64,000 nucleotides of DNA from NCBI GenBank assembly GCA_965200315.1, contig OZ241362.1, forward strand, positions 4,320,001 through 4,384,000, given 5' to 3'. Below, one piece after another: positions 9,751-19,543 of this stretch (its first letter is position 1; every line of letters begins with the position of its first letter). Position numbers and translations under genes: made by a program. The notes under the pieces are model-generated. The model ran no database searches, was not told the DNA's origin, and saw nothing but the letters and a program-made list of their open reading frames with translations. This stretch comes from Candidatus Latescibacterota bacterium. Its GTDB lineage: Bacteria; Latescibacterota; UBA2968; UBA8231.

Positions 9751-11385
9751 ATGAACGGCAACCAAGCCATTGCCCACATCCTCAAGGCCGAAGGCGTCGA
9801 GTGGCTGTCGGCTTTTCCCAACCAGCCGCTGATTGACGAGGCGGCGCGCGCAGGTATCCGCCCCATTATCTGTCGCCAAGAGCGGACGGGCGTCAACATG
9901 GCCGACGGCTTCAGCCGCACGGCTAATGGCCGCCCCTTTGGCGTCTTCACTATGCAGACCGGGCCGGGCGCTGAAAACGCGCTCGGCGGCGCAGCCCAGG
10001 CCTACGCCGATGCCATCCCCTTGCTGCTTTTGCCCGGCGGCGTGTCCACGGCCCGTACGCAAGTGCCGCCCAACTTCGACGCGGTGGACAACTATCGCGG
10101 CATCACCAAATGGGCCGCCAACATCAACCAAGTCGAGCGCATCCCCGAGCTGATGCGCCGCGCCTTTAGCCAGCTCGCCCACGGTCGCCCCGGGCCGGTG
10201 CTGGTGGAAATTCCCAGTGATTTAGGTACTGCCGAGTTCTCAGGCGACCTAGACTACCAACCGGTCAAAGCCTACAAGTCGGGGGCTGACCCAGACGCGG
10301 TGAGCGACTTGGTCGCCGCGCTGGTCAAGGCTGAATGTCCGGTCATTAACGCTGGACACGGCGTGTTATGGGCCGAAGCCACCGACCAACTCGTGGCCCT
10401 CGCCGAGCTGCTCAATGTGCCCGTTATGACCACCTTAGCCGGCAAGAGCGCGTTTCCAGAAAACCATGCGCTCGCGCTGGGCACCGGCGGCCACACTGGC
10501 ACGCTGATGGTTGATCGCTTCTTGCAAAAGACCGACTTCGTCTTGGGCGTAGGCACCAGCTTTACCATCTCAGTATTCAATGCGCCCATGCCCGCCCGCG
10601 CCGTCTTGGCGCAAGTGACCAACTGCGCCGAGGATCTCAACAAGGACTACCGGATCGACTTCGGGGCCGTTGGCGATGCGCGGATTGTGTTGGAGCAGAT
10701 CATCGAGGAAGCCCGTCGGCAGCTCGGGGCTGACGGGCGAGGAGACGGCGGAGTTGCGGCCGAGATCGCAGCCATCCGCGCCGAGTTCAACGCCACATGG
10801 GCGCCGCGATTCCGCTCGGACGAGGTGCCGATAAACCCCTACCGGGCCTTTGCCGAACTCGCCCGCGCCGTGGATGTGCCCAACACCATCGTTACTCACG
10901 ACTCGGGCTATCCCCGCGATCAGCTCGTGCCGTTCTGGCGGCCCCAAAAACCCAGAGGGTACATGGGCTGGGGCAAATCGACCCAGCTCGGCTACGGCTT
11001 GGGTTTGGCCTTGGGGGCCAAGTTAGCCGCGCCGGACAAGCAGGTCATCAACATCATGGGCGACGCGGCTTTTGGCATGGCGGGCCTCGACATTGAGACC
11101 GCAGTGCGCGCAGAGATTCCCATTCTCACAGTGGTGCTCAACAACGGCGTGATGACGCACTACGACCACTACATGCCCTACGCCACCGAGCACTATCAGA
11201 GCCACCAACTCGGCGGCCACTACGCGCAGGTGGCCGAGGCGCTTGGTGCCCACGCCGAGCGCGTTGAAGCGATCGCGGACTTGGCACCGGCCATCCAACG
11301 CGCCCTTGCGGCCAATGGCGAGGGCCGAGCCGCTCTGTTGGAGGTGATGACCAAGGCGGAAGAAAACGTGCCCAAATTTTGGTAA
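9751..11385 (+). CDS. Thiamine pyrophosphate-requiring enzyme (acetolactate synthase-like family)
   Basis: RQERTGVNMADGFSR, GPGAEN, GRPGPVLVEIP, GDAAFGM..VVLNN TPP motif; RBS AAGGAG before ATG 9751. Confidence 0.9.
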   Translation: MNGNQAIAHILKAEGVEWLSAFPNQPLIDEAARAGIRPIICRQERTGVNMADGFSRTANGRPFGVFTMQTGPGAENALGGAAQAYADAIPLLLLPGGVSTARTQVPPNFDAVDNYRGITKWAANINQVERIPELMRRAFSQLAHGRPGPVLVEIPSDLGTAEFSGDLDYQPVKAYKSGADPDAVSDLVAALVKAECPVINAGHGVLWAEATDQLVALAELLNVPVMTTLAGKSAFPENHALALGTGGHTGTLMVDRFLQKTDFVLGVGTSFTISVFNAPMPARAVLAQVTNCAEDLNKDYRIDFGAVGDARIVLEQIIEEARRQLGADGRGDGGVAAEIAAIRAEFNATWAPRFRSDEVPINPYRAFAELARAVDVPNTIVTHDSGYPRDQLVPFWRPQKPRGYMGWGKSTQLGYGLGLALGAKLAAPDKQVINIMGDAAFGMAGLDIETAVRAEIPILTVVLNNGVMTHYDHYMPYATEHYQSHQLGGHYAQVAEALGAHAERVEAIADLAPAIQRALAANGEGRAALLEVMTKAEENVPKFW

Positions 11386-11392
11386 GGATATT

Positions 11393-14335
11393 ATGATTTT
11401 TTTTGCTGGCATTCTCTTCTTTCTTTCCGGTGCTGCCGCTCTGGCGTACGAGGTGGTGTGGGTGAAACTTCTCACCCTCCAGTTCGGCAGCGCGGCGTGG
11501 TCAATTTCGACGGTGGTGGCCAGTTTCATGGCGGGTCTGGGAGCGGGGGGTGCTTGGGCCGGCCGTCGCGCCGACCGCATCCGCAGGCCCCTGAGAGCCT
11601 ATGCCCTCCTAGAGCTGGGCATCGCTTTCTTTGGCCTAGTCTCGGTGCCCCTCCTACGGAACATGGCCGGCGTCCTCGATCCCCTGTACCACCTCACCGA
11701 CGGGTACTTCGCCCTCTTCGTGCTACTGCAGTTTCTCCTCTCCGTCGCCATGCTGGCGGTGCCGACCTTCCTCATGGGTGCCTCCCTACCTCTGCTCATC
11801 GTGGCGGTTACAGAGGAAGCGGCCTTCCGCCGGAGCGTGGCCCTCTTCTACGGAATCAACACCCTTGGGGCGGCGGCCGGCACCCTCGTAGCAGGGCTCG
11901 TCCTGCTGCCCGTTCTCGGGATCTCCGACACGGTGTGGGTCGCCGTGGCCGCAGGCGTCTTGGTTGCTGCCGGGGGTTACCTCCTCGATCTCCGCATGGC
12001 CCCCCGGGACGCGACCGAGGAGCATCCAGCACCGACCGGCGGCACCCAGACCCCCCGGCTGCTGCTGGCTGCGGTGGCCATGGCCGGATGCTTGGGGCTC
12101 TTCTATCAGATCGCTTGGACGCGCCTACTCATCCCGGTGGTGGGATCCTCGGTCTACGCCTTCACCATCATCCTCACGACGGTCCTCCTCGGCATCGGCA
12201 TCGGCTCCCTGCTGGCCGCCGTCCCCTCCTTCCGGGAGAGCTCCTGCTGGCGGGCAGTGGCCGTCACGCTGGGGCTGGGCTCGTGCTCGGTCCTCGCAGG
12301 GCTGTTCGCCGTGAACGAGCTGCCGGCGATGTTCACGGCCATGGCCGAGGGCACGGGCGACCGCACTTGGCTTCTCTTCCTCTCCCAGGGCACTCTGGCG
12401 GCTTCCATCGTCCTCGTTCCCGCCTGCGCCATGGGGGCCGCCCTGCCCTTGGGCATCGCCGCGTGGCGGAACGAGGTGGGATCGAGAGGTTGGGCGGTTG
12501 GAGGCATGTACGCCGCCAACACCATAGGAGCCATTGTCGGCTCTGTATTGGCGGGCTTTGCGTTACTACCGTGGCTTGGAGCGACGGGGTTAATCCGCCT
12601 CGGTGCCACCCTCGGCATGGTGGTCACTGTCGTCCTTTTTCTATTGGACCGCACCAGCCCGCAACGACAGCGGCTCGGCTGGGCGGGCCTCTTCGCCGCA
12701 ATGCTTGCAGCATTCGCCTTCACGCTGCCCCAGACCGATATAAAAAACCTTCAGCGGGGCGTTTTCCGCAGGCTCCAAGCCAGCGAGGAGCGCTCGCCGA
12801 TAGGAAGTTTCCTGCTCTACGCACGGGAGGGGACCAACGCCACAGTTACCGTGTTTCGCACGCCCAACTCTACCGTGCTCAAGGTCAACGGCAAGGCGGA
12901 TGCCTCGACCGGTGGGGATATGGACTCGCAGTATCTGCTCGGACACCTGCCGATGTTCCTCCATCCAAGGCCGAAGGAGATTTGCATCATTGGCTACGGC
13001 AGTGGTGCCACGGTGTACGCAACAGCAACGCACCCGAATGTGACGGCCGTCGACGTGGTCGAAATTGAACAGGCGGTACTCGATGTTTCCGAGTACTTCA
13101 ACTCGGTCAACCACGGCATTCTTAAGGATTCGCGCGTGAGACTGCACACGGAAGATGGGCGCAATTTCCTCCGCCACCAGAAGAAGACGTACGACGTCAT
13201 CCTCTCCCAACCTTCCAACCCCTGGATAGCGGGTATCAGTTCCCTATTTACGACAGAGTACTACCGGGCCGCGTCGGCGCGGCTCAAGCCGGGTGGTCTT
13301 TTTTGCCAGTGGATGCAGGCCTATGAGACCTCTGCGGAGACGGTGCGCGTTGTGCTCCACACCCTAACATCGGAGTTTCCCTACGTGGCGGTGTTCAAAG
13401 TCTCCGATGACCTCATCTGCGTTGCCTCCCACTCCCCCATTGCAGGCTCTGCACGGCGTTACTCGGAGTACTTCTCGTTGCCGGGGGTGCGCAACTCACT
13501 CCGGCGAATCCAGATCGAGACCCCGTTCGACCTTTTCGCAAGTGCCTTCTTGCGATTTCCAGAAAACGCAGACGCGTTCAGGTCGCCGATCAGGAACACG
13601 GACGACAACCTCTGGCTGGAGTATCGAGCACCCATCGAGATGTACCAAGGGATGGAAGAGAACGTCGCGTCTATATTAAGCACCGATTACCTGCGCATGC
13701 TCCAACATCTTTTTCCCGAGCTAGCTCTCCGGGACATCGTCCTTGGGGTCGCCCAAAGCATCGCAACTAAACACTCTAATTTGTGGTATGTCATCCCCGC
13801 CTGGCAGGAGATGTTTGCAGAGGATGAGCCGTTGGCCTTGCGACTTGCGGAACTGGCCGCGCTGGCCGATTCGAGAAAGCGTGCGCTCGACGGCAACGAA
13901 GCACGGGAGAAAGCGGCGTTGCGCCTGATTCAAGAGCAGCGGTATGCCGAGGCGATTCCCATATTTGAGTCCGTACTTGCCGCCGAGCCTGAAAGCGTTT
14001 CCGCCCATCGCATGCTCGCTTGGGCCTTGTCGCATACCGGCGACAACAAAAGGGCGTGGCGGCACTACCTAAAGGCCATCCAGTACAATCCCGACGATTT
14101 TGAGTCGTACACTAATATGGCGGCCATTGCTCTTTCAAACGGCCTTTCCGAGGGAACCAAACTGTTGGACCGCGCACTTGCAGCCAATCCACATCACTTT
14201 ACCGCTTGGCGCGTCTATGTTGAGTACCTCGTGGATCAAAAGCAATACGATCAGGCTCGAGAACTCCTCAAAAAGACCGGGGAATCAATGGAAGGGGAAA
14301 AACTGAAAGCTCTCAAAAGCATGATCCCCGGATGA
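11393..14335 (+). CDS. Fused MFS-like membrane domain / spermidine synthase-like SAM domain with C-terminal TPRs
   Basis: SGAAALAYEVVW, PTFLMGASLP, YAANTIGAIVG membrane repeats; IIGYGSG, VVEIE, EDGRNFL, SQPSNPW; TPR-like helices at the C-terminus. Confidence 0.85.
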   Translation: MIFFAGILFFLSGAAALAYEVVWVKLLTLQFGSAAWSISTVVASFMAGLGAGGAWAGRRADRIRRPLRAYALLELGIAFFGLVSVPLLRNMAGVLDPLYHLTDGYFALFVLLQFLLSVAMLAVPTFLMGASLPLLIVAVTEEAAFRRSVALFYGINTLGAAAGTLVAGLVLLPVLGISDTVWVAVAAGVLVAAGGYLLDLRMAPRDATEEHPAPTGGTQTPRLLLAAVAMAGCLGLFYQIAWTRLLIPVVGSSVYAFTIILTTVLLGIGIGSLLAAVPSFRESSCWRAVAVTLGLGSCSVLAGLFAVNELPAMFTAMAEGTGDRTWLLFLSQGTLAASIVLVPACAMGAALPLGIAAWRNEVGSRGWAVGGMYAANTIGAIVGSVLAGFALLPWLGATGLIRLGATLGMVVTVVLFLLDRTSPQRQRLGWAGLFAAMLAAFAFTLPQTDIKNLQRGVFRRLQASEERSPIGSFLLYAREGTNATVTVFRTPNSTVLKVNGKADASTGGDMDSQYLLGHLPMFLHPRPKEICIIGYGSGATVYATATHPNVTAVDVVEIEQAVLDVSEYFNSVNHGILKDSRVRLHTEDGRNFLRHQKKTYDVILSQPSNPWIAGISSLFTTEYYRAASARLKPGGLFCQWMQAYETSAETVRVVLHTLTSEFPYVAVFKVSDDLICVASHSPIAGSARRYSEYFSLPGVRNSLRRIQIETPFDLFASAFLRFPENADAFRSPIRNTDDNLWLEYRAPIEMYQGMEENVASILSTDYLRMLQHLFPELALRDIVLGVAQSIATKHSNLWYVIPAWQEMFAEDEPLALRLAELAALADSRKRALDGNEAREKAALRLIQEQRYAEAIPIFESVLAAEPESVSAHRMLAWALSHTGDNKRAWRHYLKAIQYNPDDFESYTNMAAIALSNGLSEGTKLLDRALAANPHHFTAWRVYVEYLVDQKQYDQARELLKKTGESMEGEKLKALKSMIPG

Positions 14336-14384
14336 TGCTTTCTTGCGAGGTTATCCCGACAAACCCTTACATCAGGAGCAACGC

Positions 14385-15467
14385 ATGAGCCAATACAAAG
14401 CCGTCCTCATCGGCTGCAGCCGCATGGGGGCTTTCATCGACAACGAAGTTCCGGCCGATATGCGCCCGTACTCCCACGCCGCTGGGTACGAGGCTTGTGA
14501 GCGCACGGACCTCGTCGCCTGTTCGGACTTACGCCCCGAGGTGATGGAACGGGTCGGCGCGCGCTACGGCATCCCCGTGGACAAGCAGTACACTGACTAT
14601 CGCGAAATGCTCGCCCGCGAAAAGCCGGATATCGTCAGCGTCGCCACTCAGCCCGAGCACCGCGCCGAGATCGTCATTGCGGCAGTCGAAGCGGGTGCCC
14701 GCGCCATCTACGCGGAAAAAGCGTTCTCGGCCTCGCTGGAGGAAGCCGACCGCATGGTCGAAGCCTGCCAGCACCACAACATCGCGCTCAACATGGGCAC
14801 CAATCGCCGCTTCTATCCCGGCTACGACCAGATGAAAGCCGTCATCGACTCCGGGGAAATCGGCGCGTTGCAAACCCTCATCATTCACCAGACCAGTGCG
14901 CTGTTCAACGGCGCCAGCCACAGCTTTGACCTGCTCCAGCGCCTCAACTCCGACGCCCCGGCCGCTTGGGTACAGGCGCATTTGCCCAATGGCGACGAGA
15001 TCATCGACGGCCATATCCTGCGCGAGGACCCGACTGGGCACGGCATGATCCAGTTCGCCAATGGGGTTACTGCGTACGCGCTCAATTCGGGTCGGGGATT
15101 GGAAGTGGAGGCCGTCTGCGAAAAAGGCGTGGTGACGGCATTGGGCAATGATAGGGAGTGGCAGTTGCGGGCACCGGTAGCACGCGATCACCGGGGCCGC
15201 AATAAACTGGGCTTGGTGGAATTCCCTGCTTTCGAGCACCGGGCTTCAACGCTCTGCTTGGTCGAGGATTTGGTCCGCGCACTTGATACGGGCGAGCCTC
15301 CGCGCGGCGGTGCCGAGCTGGCGCGGGCTAATACCGAGCTGATTTTCGCGTTTGTCGAGTCGCACCAGCGCGGCGGTGCCCGCGTAGAGTTGCCGCTTGA
15401 CGGGAGCAAGTATCGACTAGAGCGGGATCGCGGGCCGAGGCAGCCCAAGTACGAGCCGGATGCTTAG
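14385..15467 (+). CDS. Gfo/Idh/MocA family oxidoreductase
   Basis: IGCSRMG, DIVSVAT, IYAEKA; RBS AGGAG before ATG 14385. Confidence 0.85.
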   Translation: MSQYKAVLIGCSRMGAFIDNEVPADMRPYSHAAGYEACERTDLVACSDLRPEVMERVGARYGIPVDKQYTDYREMLAREKPDIVSVATQPEHRAEIVIAAVEAGARAIYAEKAFSASLEEADRMVEACQHHNIALNMGTNRRFYPGYDQMKAVIDSGEIGALQTLIIHQTSALFNGASHSFDLLQRLNSDAPAAWVQAHLPNGDEIIDGHILREDPTGHGMIQFANGVTAYALNSGRGLEVEAVCEKGVVTALGNDREWQLRAPVARDHRGRNKLGLVEFPAFEHRASTLCLVEDLVRALDTGEPPRGGAELARANTELIFAFVESHQRGGARVELPLDGSKYRLERDRGPRQPKYEPDA

Positions 15468-16459
15468 GTCCTCAGAGCACGACCGTCGGTTATGCCACAG
15501 CCCTTGAACAAGGTCCGCTGCACGGCGCGGTCGTGCGCGAGGGCAAAGTCCGGCGTCTTTTCGCCGCGGATGCACGCGGCTAGCTCCCGCAACAAGCTCG
15601 GCGGGGCCGGCCCCGGATCGAGCTCCACGTCCTGCCACTCGCCGACTTGGTACCCCTCGGTTTCCTGAGCCAAGAAGACGCGCAGCTTGTTCGAGCCAAT
15701 CGGCTCGTGCAACAGGGTCCCTTGGGTTCCGTGGGCCTCGATCCGCCGGTCCATGCCGATCTGCATGGCGGTCGTGTCCACGATGCCGATTCCATCTCGA
15801 CACTCGTGGACGACCACCGCGTTATCGACTTCGGCCCGCTCCCCGTAGTGCTTGCCCAACACGCCGCGGACGGCCACTGGCTCGCCCATCATCGCCACCA
15901 TTAAATCCACCAAATGCCCGGCCATCTCGAAGTAAACGCCGCCGTGATAGGCGGTAAACTCCCCGTATAGCTGCTTGTGCCAGTTGATCGGTTTGGGAAT
16001 GTGCCCGCGATACATAAAGACCTGCCCTAGGGAGCCTGATCCGACCAAGCGCAACATTTCGGCCACCGCCGGATTGTAGCGCCACATATAGGCCATTTGC
16101 AGCATCAATCCCGCGTCCTCGGCGAGCTTGTGCAGCCGCTCCAATTGGGCTAGATCGACGCCGGCCGGCTTCTCCAACAACACGTGCTTGCCGGCGGCGA
16201 GCGCCCGCTCGGCATAGTCGAGGTTTTGATATACGTGTCCTTCTACGACCACGGCCTCCGCTCGGCTGTTTAACACATCCTCGACGGAGGCAAAAACTGG
16301 AATCCCGTATTCCGCCCACCGCTCCAGATTCTGCTGAATCACTGCGGGATCGGCATCGTACATCCCCACTAGCTCCACTTCGTCCGGCCTTGCCGCGGCC
16401 TCCCGCACGTGCATGGCTGCGTGACTGTGCCAAGCACCTAGGAATGCAAACTTCAACAT
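15464..16459 (-). CDS. Gfo/Idh/MocA family oxidoreductase
   Basis: GKHVLLEKP, YMWRYNP, GHLVD motifs. Confidence 0.85.
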   Translation of the reverse strand: MLKFAFLGAWHSHAAMHVREAAARPDEVELVGMYDADPAVIQQNLERWAEYGIPVFASVEDVLNSRAEAVVVEGHVYQNLDYAERALAAGKHVLLEKPAGVDLAQLERLHKLAEDAGLMLQMAYMWRYNPAVAEMLRLVGSGSLGQVFMYRGHIPKPINWHKQLYGEFTAYHGGVYFEMAGHLVDLMVAMMGEPVAVRGVLGKHYGERAEVDNAVVVHECRDGIGIVDTTAMQIGMDRRIEAHGTQGTLLHEPIGSNKLRVFLAQETEGYQVGEWQDVELDPGPAPPSLLRELAACIRGEKTPDFALAHDRAVQRTLFKGCGITDGRALRT

Positions 16460-16473
16460 GTGTTTGTTTCTCC

Positions 16474-17235
16474 TTACCAGCTATCCACAAATTCGTCCAC
16501 GCCAAAGCCGGCGGGCATTTCGCTGTTAAAGGTGCGCAGGGGCCGGGATTCAAAGTTCGGCGGATCGGCTGCGGGCCGCAGAGAGGCGTACATGTCGCTG
16601 TAGTGCTGGTGGACGCGGGCCTCGTCTTGCTGCAACCGCTCGTTGAGCGCGGCCAAGCGGCTTTGCAGGGCCTCGGCCTCGGCAACGGTAAAACGCCGTG
16701 CCATGTCCTCGGCGTAGTACGCGGGTGGCGATCCGTCGACTAGCGGTTTGCGTTCTTGCACGGACATCTGGGCGATCTCTGGTCGGTGTAGGAAGACGAC
16801 CTTGTTGGCGATCCGGCACAATAGGACCACGCTCACCATGCGGCCGAACTCGCCCGGGTGCAGCTCGGCCAAGCAGGTGCGGAATTTTGGCTCGTCGCGG
16901 GCAATTAGTGCGCGGAAGAGCGTCTCAATCTGGTCGCGTTCCTGATCGTAGCACTCGGTCCAGTGGGCAAACTGGGCCTCGGCCGCGGGCGAGAGGTATT
17001 GCCGGAAGCCGTTGGTCTCGGCGTCAATCGAATTTATGTTCAGCCGCGGATGGATTTTTTCGTACCAAGCACCACCGAGCGGATCGCCGGGTTGGCGTGC
17101 GGCCGCGGAGCGCACCTTTTCTCGGTCCACCATCCACTCGATGGCGAGCCGCATCGCGTCCAACCGCTCGGGCGGCACTACGTGGCGCAAGATCAGATAG
17201 CCTTGGCGGCGGAATTGTTGCAGATCGACGGGCAT
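16474..17235 (-). pseudogene. PhyH (phytanoyl-CoA dioxygenase)-like protein apparently lacking its catalytic core
   Basis: N-terminus QFRRQGYLILRHVVP is typical of PhyH-family proteins, but no HxD..H facial triad follows; the sequence goes straight to a helical C-terminal region after ..IDAET. Confidence 0.5.
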
Positions 17236-17274
17236 GACGTTCTCCTATGGCAATCCTACGCCATTGATAAGATA

Positions 17275-17303
17275 ATCCGCAGGTGGACGCAGATGGACGC
17301 AGA
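17275..17303. repeat. Short 10-bp tandem repeat (GGACGCAGAT-like, ~3 copies)
   Basis: ATCCGCAGGT GGACGCAGAT GGACGCAGA in the intergenic gap. Confidence 0.55.
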
Positions 17304-17336
17304 ATAGCAGAAACAAGACAATTCGCCGCTCCTATA

Positions 17337-18743
17337 TCAGTTGGGAGACCGCCGTGAGGCTTGTTCGATCAAGAGTCGGTCCTGCTGGCTTTGTCGCACC
17401 TGTGCCTCTATCGCGACCGGGTCCCACTCGGACAACAGCCGCTCTTGCAGGTCGGCTAAGGTGGCCGCGTGGGCTGGATGGTCCGCTAGGTCGTCGAATT
17501 CGTTGGGGTCGGCCTCTACGTCGAATAGCTGGGGTGGGTCCCCCAAGCTGTAGTGGAGCTTGTAGCGGCCGCGGCGCAACATGGCCGTGGGCCGCTTCAC
17601 GCCGTGGGCGAGGTATTCGGAAAATGCTTCGTCCTTCCAGTTTGCGTCTTGCCCTTGCAGCAATTTCAGCAGGCTATCGCCGTCCAGCGGACCTGCGCTG
17701 GGCGCGTCGGCCATGTCGACGATGGTCGCTACTAGATCCACTAGCGACACTACTTCGCTGATGCGCCGACCGGCTGGGATATGTCCGGGATAGACCATTT
17801 GCAGCGGCACCCGTGCGGACGCCTCGTACATGCTCGACTTCCGCCACATGCCGTGCTCGCCGTTCATTTCTCCGTGGTCGCTGAAGTGTACTATGAGCGT
17901 GTTGTCGCGCTGTCCGGTTTCCTCTAGGACGGCGAGTAGGCGGCCGATCTTCTCGTCGAGATAAGTAATGAGTCCGTAGTAACCGGCGCGGGCGCGGCGC
18001 ACTTGTTGTGCGGGAAAATCGACTCCCCCGAACATGGCCCGCATCCGCTGGTGGACGGGGTGCTGGCTTTCGAGGTGGCCGGGGGGAATCTCCGGCATGT
18101 CGATTTGGTCGAGGGGATAGAGGTTGAAAAACCGCTCGGGCACTACGAGTGGAAAATGCGGCGCAATAAACGAGACATTCAGCGCCCAAGGCCGCTCCTT
18201 GCGGGCCGCATCGCGTAGATACGCCAACGCTCGTTCCTCCACCAGATCATCGACTTCTATCTCCAAGGTCGTCCCCGGCCCGGCCTCGGCAACCCCACCC
18301 CAAGGCTTGTCGGCTGGTGGCGTACCCTTGCTCCAGTCGGGCGTGCCGCGCAGGACGCCATCTTTGGTCCACAGTTCGGCGTGCAAATCGCGCGCTAGCT
18401 GGGCGCGGAAGCCGTGCAGTTGGTCGGGGCCGCAAAAGTGCTGTTTGCCCGAGAGGACCACATCGTAGCCAACGGCGCGCAGCCGATGCGCCCAAGTGAC
18501 CGCATCCGACGGCAGGGGGCTGGCGTTGTCAAAGGCCCCGATCTGGTTGATGTAGCGGCCGGTCATAAACGACATCCGCGACGGCAGGCAGAGTGGAGAG
18601 TTGCAATAGGCGTTGGCAAAGGTCGCGCCCTCGGCGGCCAATTGATCCATACAGGGCGTCTGCACAAGCGGATGTCCGTAGGGGCCGCTGTACATGGGCG
18701 CGTGCTCGTCGGTCATAATGAGCAGGATGTTGGGGCGGTTCAC
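17337..18743 (-). CDS. Cys-type sulfatase (choline-sulfatase-like)
   Basis: PNILLIMTDEH, CLPSR (CxPxR formylglycine motif), GKQHF, APHFP, SDHGEM; GTG start after GAGGAG. Confidence 0.9.
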   Translation of the reverse strand: MNRPNILLIMTDEHAPMYSGPYGHPLVQTPCMDQLAAEGATFANAYCNSPLCLPSRMSFMTGRYINQIGAFDNASPLPSDAVTWAHRLRAVGYDVVLSGKQHFCGPDQLHGFRAQLARDLHAELWTKDGVLRGTPDWSKGTPPADKPWGGVAEAGPGTTLEIEVDDLVEERALAYLRDAARKERPWALNVSFIAPHFPLVVPERFFNLYPLDQIDMPEIPPGHLESQHPVHQRMRAMFGGVDFPAQQVRRARAGYYGLITYLDEKIGRLLAVLEETGQRDNTLIVHFSDHGEMNGEHGMWRKSSMYEASARVPLQMVYPGHIPAGRRISEVVSLVDLVATIVDMADAPSAGPLDGDSLLKLLQGQDANWKDEAFSEYLAHGVKRPTAMLRRGRYKLHYSLGDPPQLFDVEADPNEFDDLADHPAHAATLADLQERLLSEWDPVAIEAQVRQSQQDRLLIEQASRRSPN

Positions 18744-18806
18744 GGGTTGCTCCTCGGGGGTGTTGAGTGCGGGTGGCGACTCGGAAGATAAACCAACCGC
18801 CCGCAC

Positions 18807-19235
18807 TCAGCCACCGGCCCGGACGCCGAGGCCGTGGACATAGACCAATTCGCCGCCGCAGTACCCCGTCCACAAAACCAAGCCACCGATCACGACGCCG
18901 ACGGCGGTCCACGCATAGAGCGGCCATCCTGCCAGCCGCCCCTTCAGATGCAAGGGCAAGCGCCCGAGAACGGCACCCAACCCCAGCAGCAAGGTCCAAG
19001 TAGCGAGGGATTCGTGCGTGGCTAGCGGCTCGGCGGCTGGCCCGTCCCAAGCCTCGGTTGCGGCCGCATTGCCGCTGAGCACGGCGGCGGTCGCTGATAG
19101 TACGCCTAGCACCAGCAAGGCGTAGGCGAGGTGGTGTCCGGCGCGGCGATCTAGCCACAGTGCGCCTAGATCGCACAGTGGGCTAAGCGACAGGAGCGCG
19201 ATGGGGTAGTGGACGATGAAGGGATGCCAATCCAT
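18807..19235 (-). CDS. DUF2231-like 4TM membrane protein
   Basis: HPFIVHYPIALL, TGYCGGELVYVHGLGV. Confidence 0.75.
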   Translation of the reverse strand: MDWHPFIVHYPIALLSLSPLCDLGALWLDRRAGHHLAYALLVLGVLSATAAVLSGNAAATEAWDGPAAEPLATHESLATWTLLLGLGAVLGRLPLHLKGRLAGWPLYAWTAVGVVIGGLVLWTGYCGGELVYVHGLGVRAGG

Positions 19236-19543
19236 AGTAGCAGTGGTTAGTGGTAGGGGCAGGGGAACGGACTGCGAAGACAGCACGAGGCATTTTGAGA
19301 AGGCTGCTAACGCTAGAACACCCGCTCGAAACGGTTCTTGCCAAGATCGCATTAAGGTGGGTTTTTAACAAACAAGAAACGCAAGCGACCACATCAGAAG
19401 CAGTCTGAGAACGCTAGGGGCCATTCCCCACGGGCAGCCTTGGGATGGGCGGGCGTCGCGCCCGCAAAAAACGGAGCCTCTTGACTACGGAGCAACGCAG
19501 TCCGACGGGGTTTTCAGACCACTTCTCAAACAGGAGAACGACC

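Noticed and set aside
11458-13068. 536-aa alternate-frame ORF inside the spermidine-synthase fusion
   Set aside because: Arg/Gly/Pro-rich shadow ORF expected from GC-rich codon usage; no motifs.
17275-17303. ACGCAGAT-type repeat as part of a larger structured element or CRISPR
   Set aside because: Only about three units, no spacers and no complementary arm nearby.
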